Source of the DNA: a virus
Lineage: Duplodnaviria; Caudoviricetes
Direction: 5' to 3' (one strand)
Length of the DNA stretch: 64,000 nt
Virus record (IMG/VR): IMGVR_UViG_3300032295_002257
Coordinates: 15,492 to 79,491 of that record
Both the position numbers and the translations under genes were made by a program. Position 1 is the stretch's first letter, and every line of letters starts with the position of its first letter. The notes beneath the pieces are model-generated. The model ran no database searches. It had not been told where the DNA came from and saw only the letters and a program-made list of their open reading frames with translations. Below are positions 10,459-19,174 of the stretch, in pieces.

Positions 10459-13400
10459 CCTGAGAGAATCCATTTACCTTTTTGATTTCCATTAAGGTAT
10501 CCACCACATCTCTCATAGAATCTATATGTGATATAATCATCACAAAATCAAATTGAGTTTTAAGGTAAGAGAACAACATATATAAAGATGTTAAATTCTC
10601 ATTATCCAATGTTCCAAATCCTTCATCGATTACTAAGAAGTTTGGACGAGGTAAGTTACATACATTGATAAGTGCTATACGAATTGCAAGACCCGATATA
10701 AATCTTTCCATACCACTACACAATTCCAAGCTCCACTTAGAATCACCATATACTAAATTTGCGTTGATGTTCTTTCCTTCCAATTCCAATTCCATTCCGA
10801 AATCAACAATCTGTCCTAAGATATTGTTAATCTCACCTTCAATAGCAGGAATAGCTTTTTCAATCAATTCTAAAGAAACACCATCTTTACTCAATGCGTT
10901 TAGATAGTATTCGTATAATTTATTTTTGTGTTCTAATTCTTTTACTTCATTAATCCTTTCCTCATATACATCTCTTTGAGATTCTAATGTTGTTTGTCTT
11001 TTGAACACACCCATCATCCCATCGTTGGTATTACCCATTTTAGATTTTAGACCAGTCATTTGAGTTTGTAACCCATCCAACTCTTCTTTAATCTTTTTAT
11101 TAGCCACAATCTGCTCTTCGTTTTTATAATACTCGTCAATGTTAGATGTATTCTTTTCAATATCACCTTCTATTTTATGAATTTGTAAATCACAAGCTGA
11201 GATTTGGGAATTGATATTGAATATATCCTTATCAACTTTGTTGTGCTTTTCTTTTAAATCGTTTAGAGTTTTTAATTTATCTTCAAATGGTAATAGTTCA
11301 TTTATTTCTAAATTTAATTGAGCAGATTCAGTTGTATGTTCTTCTATCGTATCTTTTATTTTTTCAATAGCTTCTATGGCTTCTTCTTTCGAAGTTAAAA
11401 TACTTTTAGAGTTATCCATACAAATTTCACAATCCGGATTATATTTGTGTAAATCCAAATGTGCTTTTTTATCCACTAATGATTGATACTTTATTTCTAA
11501 CTTCTCAATTTCATTCTTAGCAGTTCTATGTTGCTCTTTAAATGTATTTAATTTACCAATACCTTCTTTGATATCAGTTTCATTTAATCCATCTAACAAA
11601 CCCGATAATTGGACTTCCAATGGAATTAATTTTTCTAATCTTTCGTTTAATTCCGATTTTGTAGATTCTTGCTTTTGTAAATTATTTTCTAATTTAGTTT
11701 TGTTAGATTCCAATTGGGTAATATCATAATCAAAACTGCCGGTATTAATTATTTGAGATTTTAACTCAATAATCGATTCGTTAAGATCTTCTTCTACTTT
11801 ATTTAGAGATTGTATCTCTTCATTGAATTGTTCATATTGAGTTTTACACCCATCCAATTCGGTTTCTATATCTGCAAGCTTTTGCGGAAAATCATCTGAT
11901 TTAAATTTCTTAACTAATGTTGCGGTTTCTCTATTATCATCAGCTGCTATTTGATATAACTTATCAAATATATCAACTCCAATCAATTGAGAAAGAACTT
12001 CTTTTCTTTCTGATTGAGATTTATCAATGAATAGGGCGTTGTTACCTTGTAATGATAATGTTGTTAAAATGAAATCTTCAAAGTTACCTAAATACTTTTC
12101 AATGTTTTTATTTGTATCTCTACGTTGCTCACCATTTAGGGATTCCTCTACACCATCAACAATTCTCCAAAAGTTAACATCAACCTTAACTGATGTTTGT
12201 GTTTTGTTTAACTTACCAATTCTTTCAATAAAATATGATATACCATCTATTTCAAATTCAAATTTGCAATGGAAGTTTTCCTTTTGGTTATTTAGAATAT
12301 TTTTAGATGATGAGGTTCTTGATGTTTTATCAAATATGCAAAAAGATAGAATATCAAATAGAGATGATTTACCACTAGCATTTGGGGCAAATATACCAAC
12401 TATACCTTTAGCGTTATCAAACTTAACAACACTATCAGTTCCGTATGAAAACATATTTGAGAATTCCAATTTCTTTGGTATCCATAATATATTATCCATC
12501 TTATCGGTATTATCTACTTTCTGATTTGTTAGTTTATTGATTTCAGTAATAGCATCTAAATGGTCTTGCTCTAACAAATACCTTCTATCTAAATAATCAC
12601 CAATCAAATGATTTTGGAATGTTTCATCTTTAACGTTACCAACTATGTTTCCATTAAGTCCATTATTAGACCTCAACCTAGCCATAGTATCAACTCTACT
12701 TACAGTTACTTCAGTTGTTTTGAATATCCTACTCAATTCCGTAATACAAGCCTTTGTAGTGGTTGCATCGGTTTCATTAAAGCGCAATCTTAATCGTGGA
12801 TTTTTTGGAAGCTTAGTATCTAATTCATCATATACCCATTGTGGTATATTACCTTTGTATATATCGATGGTTAAATAACCATAATCATTCTTAATATCAA
12901 ACTCTTCAAATGTTTTCTTTTCAACATCCCACAATAGATACCCATGCCCTTCTAACAATTCTCCGTGATTTTGTTGAACTAATGAACCTGCGTAAACTAC
13001 AATAGGTTGATTGTTAGATGGATTGTATGTTTGTAATACTTGTCTTTTGTGAATATCCCCCATCAATACCATATCAAATCCTTCAAACATATCTGTTGTG
13101 AATGAATTTGATGATACTACATATCCAACATCAGTTTGTGATTTGTTTACAGGTCCGTGGAAAAGACAGATTTTATTCTCACCTTCAATTTCTTTGCCTT
13201 TGGGCCAATTCTCTTTTTTATCCAATATGGAATAAACGGCAAAAGTAAGATTATGTAAATTATAAACACCAGTGTCACGATAATAATGGATGCGAGGATT
13301 TTGAAGATTATCAATAATAGGCGTGAGAACATCTAATCTATGGTTGTTGTTTAAGTTGCAATCGTGGTTACCAGTAATAAGTATAACCTCTTTTAACTTT

Positions 13401-13621
13401 GAACACTCAGTTAAGAACCAACTAATCTCTCTTACCAATTCCGGAGACATTTCCGTTTTAGCATGAGCAATATCGCCTGCTAAATAAATGATAGAATCTT
13501 CAATGTTATCACTTTTTACTTTTTCCAAAAATTGATTAAATATCAATCTATACTCACTATGTCTTTTTAGATTACGAATGTGTAAATCTGCTAAGTGATA
13601 GATGTGTGTAATTTTTCTCAT
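10448..13621 (-). CDS. Fused Mre11/SbcD nuclease and Rad50/SbcC ATPase (gp47-gp46-like recombination nuclease)
   Basis: Phosphoesterase motifs DLH, GD, GNHD, HG and GDIH. Then Walker A PNASGKSS, coiled coil with CEIC hook, signature CSGMERF, Walker B VIDEGFGTLD and H-loop IISH. Confidence 0.9.
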   Translation of the reverse strand: MRKITHIYHLADLHIRNLKRHSEYRLIFNQFLEKVKSDNIEDSIIYLAGDIAHAKTEMSPELVREISWFLTECSKLKEVILITGNHDCNLNNNHRLDVLTPIIDNLQNPRIHYYRDTGVYNLHNLTFAVYSILDKKENWPKGKEIEGENKICLFHGPVNKSQTDVGYVVSSNSFTTDMFEGFDMVLMGDIHKRQVLQTYNPSNNQPIVVYAGSLVQQNHGELLEGHGYLLWDVEKKTFEEFDIKNDYGYLTIDIYKGNIPQWVYDELDTKLPKNPRLRLRFNETDATTTKACITELSRIFKTTEVTVSRVDTMARLRSNNGLNGNIVGNVKDETFQNHLIGDYLDRRYLLEQDHLDAITEINKLTNQKVDNTDKMDNILWIPKKLEFSNMFSYGTDSVVKFDNAKGIVGIFAPNASGKSSLFDILSFCIFDKTSRTSSSKNILNNQKENFHCKFEFEIDGISYFIERIGKLNKTQTSVKVDVNFWRIVDGVEESLNGEQRRDTNKNIEKYLGNFEDFILTTLSLQGNNALFIDKSQSERKEVLSQLIGVDIFDKLYQIAADDNRETATLVKKFKSDDFPQKLADIETELDGCKTQYEQFNEEIQSLNKVEEDLNESIIELKSQIINTGSFDYDITQLESNKTKLENNLQKQESTKSELNERLEKLIPLEVQLSGLLDGLNETDIKEGIGKLNTFKEQHRTAKNEIEKLEIKYQSLVDKKAHLDLHKYNPDCEICMDNSKSILTSKEEAIEAIEKIKDTIEEHTTESAQLNLEINELLPFEDKLKTLNDLKEKHNKVDKDIFNINSQISACDLQIHKIEGDIEKNTSNIDEYYKNEEQIVANKKIKEELDGLQTQMTGLKSKMGNTNDGMMGVFKRQTTLESQRDVYEERINEVKELEHKNKLYEYYLNALSKDGVSLELIEKAIPAIEGEINNILGQIVDFGMELELEGKNINANLVYGDSKWSLELCSGMERFISGLAIRIALINVCNLPRPNFLVIDEGFGTLDNENLTSLYMLFSYLKTQFDFVMIISHIDSMRDVVDTLMEIKKVNGFSQVKF

Positions 13622-14553
13622 AGATTATTAATCTTGGTTAGAATCAAATCATCCCAACCTGTTTGTGTTTGTGTTTTAATTAATTCGTTTACTTTTTGAA
13701 ATCCCATTTCTCCTGCATCTTTATCCGATGGGATTATATTTTTTACTGTAATTCCATTCTTAATAAAATAATCAGCATGTTTAGTAGAATCATCAATAGC
13801 ATCGGAATCCAATAAAATATTAATTTCCTTAACTCCTTTTTCTCTAATTTTGTTTTTTAGTTTATTAAGTAAGAATTTACCCAACATAGGAATTGCATTT
13901 CTTTTAACTGAAAATGAATCAAATACACCCTCTACTAATGTTATTGGTTCATTCCAATTAATCATATCTTCAAATACAATAACATCTCTATTAACGGGTG
14001 GATTCTTATACTTCATTTTCTCATCCTCATAAAAAGAACGAGCTACAAAGTAGTTAAGTTCACCACTCTCATCATAGGACGGTATAATAATTCTACCACC
14101 ATATAATCCATCTTCACAATATCCAATGTTGTATTTTACAATATCTTTTGCGGTTATATTTCTATTTCTAAGATATGCTATAGCATGATTATATAATGGA
14201 TTAAATCCCTTTGGTTTTATATATAATTGCTTGAATTCTTTTGGTAAGAATAGTTTAGGTTCTTCTTCAGTAAATGTGGAATTGGTTTCAATATCACCAT
14301 AGATGTCCTTCAATTTTGATATTGAACGAATATCTACATTAAGTTTACGAAGTAGAGAATTTATCGTTCTACCTTTAGCGTTACAAACCCAGCAATGCCA
14401 GTTTTGATTATCTAAGTTAATTTGAAGTTTTTTCTTATGGTGATGGCAGAATGGACAGTGGTGTGCTTGCTCATTACCTTTAAGGGATGAACCTACGCCT
14501 AAAGCGTCATCTAATATGTTGATTACCACTAACTTCTGCTTTCCACTTAGCAT
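13618..14553 (-). CDS. DNA primase (Zn-binding plus TOPRIM)
   Basis: CPFC...CWVC zinc finger, GRIIIP, EGVFD TOPRIM glutamate, LDSDA DxD. Confidence 0.88.
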   Translation of the reverse strand: MLSGKQKLVVINILDDALGVGSSLKGNEQAHHCPFCHHHKKKLQINLDNQNWHCWVCNAKGRTINSLLRKLNVDIRSISKLKDIYGDIETNSTFTEEEPKLFLPKEFKQLYIKPKGFNPLYNHAIAYLRNRNITAKDIVKYNIGYCEDGLYGGRIIIPSYDESGELNYFVARSFYEDEKMKYKNPPVNRDVIVFEDMINWNEPITLVEGVFDSFSVKRNAIPMLGKFLLNKLKNKIREKGVKEINILLDSDAIDDSTKHADYFIKNGITVKNIIPSDKDAGEMGFQKVNELIKTQTQTGWDDLILTKINNL

Positions 14554-14571
14554 GTATAGAATATTATACCA

Positions 14572-14682
14572 TAAAGATACGAAAAATATCCCAAAATACC
14601 AAATTATTTAGTAGTATTTATTGGGTATTAATCGCATATAAAATTATCCGTAAATATACGAAAAATATCTGATATATCCTAA
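14572..14682 (-). promoter_or_regulatory. Tandem Bacteroidota-type sigma-70 promoters upstream of the primase-SbcCD operon
   Basis: TTTG(14603-14600)-N20-TATCTTTA(14579-14572), and a weaker TTAG(14682-14679)-N20-TATATTTA(14658-14651). Confidence 0.65.
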
Positions 14683-14684
14683 TC

Positions 14685-14885
14685 TTAGTGGTTGGAGTTT
14701 TTTACATCTCTAAGAAATTGCTCTAATTTGGCAATATCCTTCTTCAATTCATCTTTTGGAATAGTGTAATCCAATTTAAATTGAAAATCTTTAAGTGAGT
14801 TAGCTGCTACTGATAATGCATCTTCTTTGGAGTTTAAAAAAGAATGCGAAATCTTGTATTTACTTGCAATCTGGTCTAATGTCAT
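14685..14885 (-). CDS. Hypothetical protein
   Basis: 66-aa ORF, ATGA-coupled to the upstream gene. Confidence 0.55.
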   Translation of the reverse strand: MTLDQIASKYKISHSFLNSKEDALSVAANSLKDFQFKLDYTIPKDELKKDIAKLEQFLRDVKNSNH

Positions 14886-15304
14886 AACTTTGGTGTGTTT
14901 ATTGTGTCCTTCCTAAAAAACTTACCCAATATGTTTTCGTTTATTGAGTTTTCATTTGAAAGAACATTATGTTTAAATTGATAATATACTTCTAAATAAG
15001 ATAGGGCTTTTTTAGAATAGCAAAATTCAATAATTTCTCTTTTGAATTCTTCTTCCTTCCCTTCTTTAATTTGCTCCTTTATCCACTCATTCGATGAGTA
15101 GTATTTTTCCCAATCGGATGCTTTCCTAACCACTCTTTTTCTAACCTTTCCTTTAAGTGGTTTTAATCTCCTAACTGCAGTTAATGATTTTTTACCAATA
15201 TAGAATCTATTGGTTGGGATGTGAGTTATGACATATACAAATCCAATGGCACCCTCTGGCACCATTTCCTCCGTAACTTCTTTTCCATTATGTAACCAAT
15301 TCAT
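14882..15304 (-). CDS. GIY-YIG-family endonuclease-like protein
   Basis: GFVY...FYIGKK, YYSS and a conserved Glu (LEVYYQ), as in phage GIY-YIG proteins. Confidence 0.7.
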   Translation of the reverse strand: MNWLHNGKEVTEEMVPEGAIGFVYVITHIPTNRFYIGKKSLTAVRRLKPLKGKVRKRVVRKASDWEKYYSSNEWIKEQIKEGKEEEFKREIIEFCYSKKALSYLEVYYQFKHNVLSNENSINENILGKFFRKDTINTPKL

Positions 15305-15307
15305 TAT

Positions 15308-15505
15308 TTATTTTTTAGGAGTTGCGCTATAAAGCTTTCCACCAATCTCACCACCTCTAGCTCTTTTTAAAGCCTTTTGGTCTGTAGATAAATCTTTAGA
15401 TGGTTTGTATGTATTTTGTGCACCTATTGGTTCTGGGTCACCACCTCTTTCATTTACCTTAGCCGTAGTTGGTTTTTGGTTTTTGTATAAATCTAGTATT
15501 GCCAT
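15308..15505 (-). CDS. Hypothetical late protein
   Basis: 65-aa ORF with late motif at 15524-15531. Confidence 0.55.
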   Translation of the reverse strand: MAILDLYKNQKPTTAKVNERGGDPEPIGAQNTYKPSKDLSTDQKALKRARGGEIGGKLYSATPKK

Positions 15506-15547
15506 AGTAATTCTTATTTGTATATAAATATCTAATTAATTTATTTA

Positions 15548-16252
15548 TTAATCTTTTTTCCATCCACCACCCAATTCTTTATATTTCTTTGCAGCCCATC
15601 CGTTTGCGTATGCTGATGGATATACATCGAATTTTTGTTTAGCTTGAGATTTTGCATAAGACCATTTTTCCGGGTCAGTTGGTGTATTTTTTTCTAAAAA
15701 TAGATTTAGTTTTTGCTCTACAGTTAATTTCATACTTTCGTTTTTATTTTTACCTGCACAATGTGCTTTTTGTGAGAATCCTTTTGGGTTAGAACAATTA
15801 ATTGAATCTTTGTATTTCTGAGACCAATCTTCATTTACTCCAGTCTTTACAAATGTAGGTTTCTGTCCTTTCTTTTGCTCACCACCTTTTTTAGCATCTC
15901 CTGCATCTTTTTGTGCGGCTCTTTTTCTTTTTACAAATGATGCTCTACCATCTTTACCCAACTTAGCAGCCTTTTCATTTGAAAGACATGCTGCATAAGC
16001 TGAACCCTCTTCACTATCCCCACACTTACCCGTTTTCTCTCCTTTACTATTATATCTATCCCATCCACCCGTCTTACCTTTACCAAACCATTTACGAAGG
16101 TCTTCACTAATTGGTGTATTATCAGTTCCACACTTATGACAAGTATATGGATTATCACCACCATCGGATATATTCCAAGTCCAATGGCATTTATCGCAAA
16201 TCACTTTGCCGCCATCTACCTTTTCGTTTAATATATCTTTTAACTTAATCAT
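15548..16252 (-). CDS. Putative internal head protein with MIKLKDILNE leader; Zn-ribbon and DUF5872-like modules
   Basis: CDKC...CHKC ribbon, EDLRKWF...KCG module, C-terminal KFDVYPSAYANGW; Lys-rich; late motif at 16261-16268. Confidence 0.55.
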   Translation of the reverse strand: MIKLKDILNEKVDGGKVICDKCHWTWNISDGGDNPYTCHKCGTDNTPISEDLRKWFGKGKTGGWDRYNSKGEKTGKCGDSEEGSAYAACLSNEKAAKLGKDGRASFVKRKRAAQKDAGDAKKGGEQKKGQKPTFVKTGVNEDWSQKYKDSINCSNPKGFSQKAHCAGKNKNESMKLTVEQKLNLFLEKNTPTDPEKWSYAKSQAKQKFDVYPSAYANGWAAKKYKELGGGWKKD

Positions 16253-16271
16253 ATGTATCTATAAATATAAG

Positions 16272-17150
16272 TTATGTATCAAAACGAATTATAAAATTTA
16301 ATGGATAATCAGGCAAAGATTTTATTGGCTGTGGTAACTTTGCTACTGCTACCATATTCATTTCATTATCATACAATCCTATTGTGGTAATATAAGGTGT
16401 TAAATATGAACCAGTTGGGTCATTAGATGCACTAAAATCATATTCCCAAAAAAGTGGATTTACTTTTGCTGATTTGATATTGAAAAAACTACCTGTGTAT
16501 TTTTGTTTTGTAATTGGGTCATCCAATATAGCGGTTACCAATTCAGAATCTATATCAGTTAATGCAGTTGGATTGGTTGATGCGTTGAACTCACTTTCTA
16601 ATACTGATATGAATATTTCGTTTTCAAATATGGTTTTAGTAGAACGGAATTGTAATGAATAATCCGTAAACGATGAACCACTTTGGATATCTTTAGTTGC
16701 TATAACAAATCCCCTATCATACAATATGTTACCTTTGATATTACTAGCAGAATCTATAAGATTTGAAAATCCATCATCCGTATAAGTTACACTACCAGTT
16801 GTTAATGTTAAACTACCTGGCTTAATACCTTCACCATAATATATTTGTGGTATTGAAAATAATGCGAATTGGGATTCTAAATTTCTTTCAGTTGTAGATG
16901 AATATGATTTCCTTCTACCAACTTCAGTCATAATAGATGCCGTTGCTGAGTTTCTATAAAATTGAGCTTCAATAGAACGATAGATTACTCCTCTAATATC
17001 ATTAGCATCAGTAGCATCAAAATCTCCAAATGAACCAGATAATCCCCACTTTACATCCACTTCATCTTTATCCGTTTCAGTAAATGCCCATTCTTTATAA
17101 ACCTTAAAGGGTCTTATAACAATATCCGATTTTGGTATTTCTTTTAACAT
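16272..17150 (-). CDS. Virion structural protein (collar/ring-like)
   Basis: C-terminal YITTIGLYDNEMNMVAVAKLPQPI is shared with the next gene and resembles tail-collar proteins. Confidence 0.6.
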   Translation of the reverse strand: MLKEIPKSDIVIRPFKVYKEWAFTETDKDEVDVKWGLSGSFGDFDATDANDIRGVIYRSIEAQFYRNSATASIMTEVGRRKSYSSTTERNLESQFALFSIPQIYYGEGIKPGSLTLTTGSVTYTDDGFSNLIDSASNIKGNILYDRGFVIATKDIQSGSSFTDYSLQFRSTKTIFENEIFISVLESEFNASTNPTALTDIDSELVTAILDDPITKQKYTGSFFNIKSAKVNPLFWEYDFSASNDPTGSYLTPYITTIGLYDNEMNMVAVAKLPQPIKSLPDYPLNFIIRFDT

Positions 17151-17182
17151 TCCTTAGTGTATCTTTTCTATAAATATCATTT

Positions 17183-17216
17183 AAACAAAAAACCCCCATT
17201 TCTGGGGGTTGTTTTT
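17183..17216. terminator. Intrinsic terminator (possibly bidirectional)
   Basis: AACCCCC-ATTTCT-GGGGGTT hairpin flanked by A and T tracts. Confidence 0.75.
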
Positions 17217-17235
17217 ATCGTTTAACGTTTATCGT

Positions 17236-18468
17236 TTAGTAGCTTAATTTAACTTTTATCAATACTTCCTTATCAAATGATTTAACGATTGGTTGAGAAG
17301 TTTTTGCAACTGCAATCAATTCATTAGAATCATTGTATAAACCAATAGTTGTGATATATGTTTGAGGGTCTATTTCGAACGATGGTTCTGAAAATGCTCC
17401 CGTTGTATCAACATAAGTTGGATTGTTTGAATAGTTATATTCTCTATTTGTTGCTCTTACAAAGAAATGTTGTGTAGATACATTTTCAGTTCTTCTTGCT
17501 TCAAAATCCAAACCACCACTTATTGAACCAAATAATCTAGAATGGTTATATGCATTAGCTGTAGTTGCTAAACTACCACTTAAGTTTCCTGTTTGTGTGT
17601 GACCTGATGCCGTGCTGAATGGAACTAATCCAACTACACTACCAATTGCTTCAGGGTTAAGGATGATAATTCCTCTATCAGGATAAAATGTTCCATATCC
17701 TTTACTATTTGCAGGTGCAATTCTATTTGTAATAGTTGCTTCGTTTTGTGTTCCGATGTTTAAAGAACCAGATACAACAGTAAACACTCTACCAGCTTTA
17801 CCAAATGTATCACCGAATTTCTTACCACTATCATCGATAAATGTAAAGAATCCGTTTGAACCTGATAAAGTCAATGACCAGTTACCTGCATCCATTTCTT
17901 CTCTATATCTAGCTCTATTTAATGTAATAGCGTAGATAGAATCAGAATCAGCCAATGTTCCAGCTGAACCTGTTTCGAATTGGAATTTAGCAGTTGGATC
18001 ATTCAATAACATTGAACGATATTGAGCGTATGTAGATTTTGTTGCTAATAATGCGTTATCATCAGAAGATAATTGTGTAGAACCACTTGCATTGATATTA
18101 CCATATGCAACTGCAAATTGAACTTCAGCCGTATCGGAATTCGTTACAGGATGCTTATCATATACATTGTAATAAAATTGTCCACTATTTTCAGTTCTAG
18201 CTTGAGTAGATGATGTAAAAAATTGTGTAAGAGAACCCGAACCATTTGACCATATACCCGTAGTTACTATTTCAATTTTAGCATTTACTTTATCAAAGTC
18301 ACCAAATCTTTTATAGATACCAGTTGATATACCAGCCCCTACACTTAGTTGAGAGCCCGCAGGTAATGCGGAGTTTAAAATCGATATTAATTGGTCGGTA
18401 TCGATTTGTCCCGTATTTGCCAAATCTCTAATCTGGGCGGTTACATTAGGATCAATAATTTGTGCCAT
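17236..18468 (-). CDS. Virion structural protein (collar/ring-like), paralogue of 16272-17150
   Basis: C-terminal YITTIGLYNDSNELIAVAKTSQPI. Confidence 0.6.
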   Translation of the reverse strand: MAQIIDPNVTAQIRDLANTGQIDTDQLISILNSALPAGSQLSVGAGISTGIYKRFGDFDKVNAKIEIVTTGIWSNGSGSLTQFFTSSTQARTENSGQFYYNVYDKHPVTNSDTAEVQFAVAYGNINASGSTQLSSDDNALLATKSTYAQYRSMLLNDPTAKFQFETGSAGTLADSDSIYAITLNRARYREEMDAGNWSLTLSGSNGFFTFIDDSGKKFGDTFGKAGRVFTVVSGSLNIGTQNEATITNRIAPANSKGYGTFYPDRGIIILNPEAIGSVVGLVPFSTASGHTQTGNLSGSLATTANAYNHSRLFGSISGGLDFEARRTENVSTQHFFVRATNREYNYSNNPTYVDTTGAFSEPSFEIDPQTYITTIGLYNDSNELIAVAKTSQPIVKSFDKEVLIKVKLSY

Positions 18469-18487
18469 TTTTTATATATTTTTTATT

Positions 18488-19117
18488 TTATACTGTTGCT
18501 TTATAAGTTATTGTTACAGGGATAGTTTGTGAACCACCAGTCTCATTACCATAAACAGTGATTGTTGTAGAAACATCCAATGTTAATTGTGGGTTTGGTG
18601 TAAATCTAAATTCTAAACCACTTACTACCTGTGCGGTTGAAGATATTTCATCTCCTAAGAATACCGGCGTAGTTGCTGCTGAAGTTGCTCCTCTAGTTAC
18701 AGTAAGAGTTCCCGCAGATTGGTCAGCCAATATCATTGTATAACCTGCACCTGTGTTTCCAGCTGGAGATGTTGTTGGAGTTAATCCTACACCACCTTCA
18801 CTTTGGTTAGCACTAATAGATGGAATACCCAATCTTACAGTTGGAATCTGAGTTGTTCCTTTTGGTAAGGTTACTAACTTATATCTTAATATCTGCGTTT
18901 CATCAGGAGATGCTTCCGTAACCGGAATCGCTCTGATTGCTGAATCGTAAAATGCAGAACCTTTTGGATGAGCTGCTTCATAAAGTGTATAATCCACCTC
19001 ATCATCACCTAATGCAAATTTTGTAATATTAAGTGCTTGACCAGATGCTAACTTTTGTCTACCTTTTTTGGTAAGAATAGCATCTACAATTACTTCTGTG
19101 TTGTTTAAATATCCCAT
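18488..19117 (-). CDS. Virion structural protein (collar/ring-like)
   Basis: N-terminal DAILTKKGRQKLA...ITKFALGDDEVDY motif; late motif at 19139-19146. Confidence 0.6.
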   Translation of the reverse strand: MGYLNNTEVIVDAILTKKGRQKLASGQALNITKFALGDDEVDYTLYEAAHPKGSAFYDSAIRAIPVTEASPDETQILRYKLVTLPKGTTQIPTVRLGIPSISANQSEGGVGLTPTTSPAGNTGAGYTMILADQSAGTLTVTRGATSAATTPVFLGDEISSTAQVVSGLEFRFTPNPQLTLDVSTTITVYGNETGGSQTIPVTITYKATV

Positions 19118-19174
19118 ATTATGTGTCTTTTATATTCTATAAATATATAGTTTTTTTATTTTAATAAATAAGTA

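Noticed and set aside
14882-15304. GIY-YIG gene as an intron or mobile homing element
   Set aside because: It is freestanding and tightly coupled to its neighbours, and interrupts no gene.
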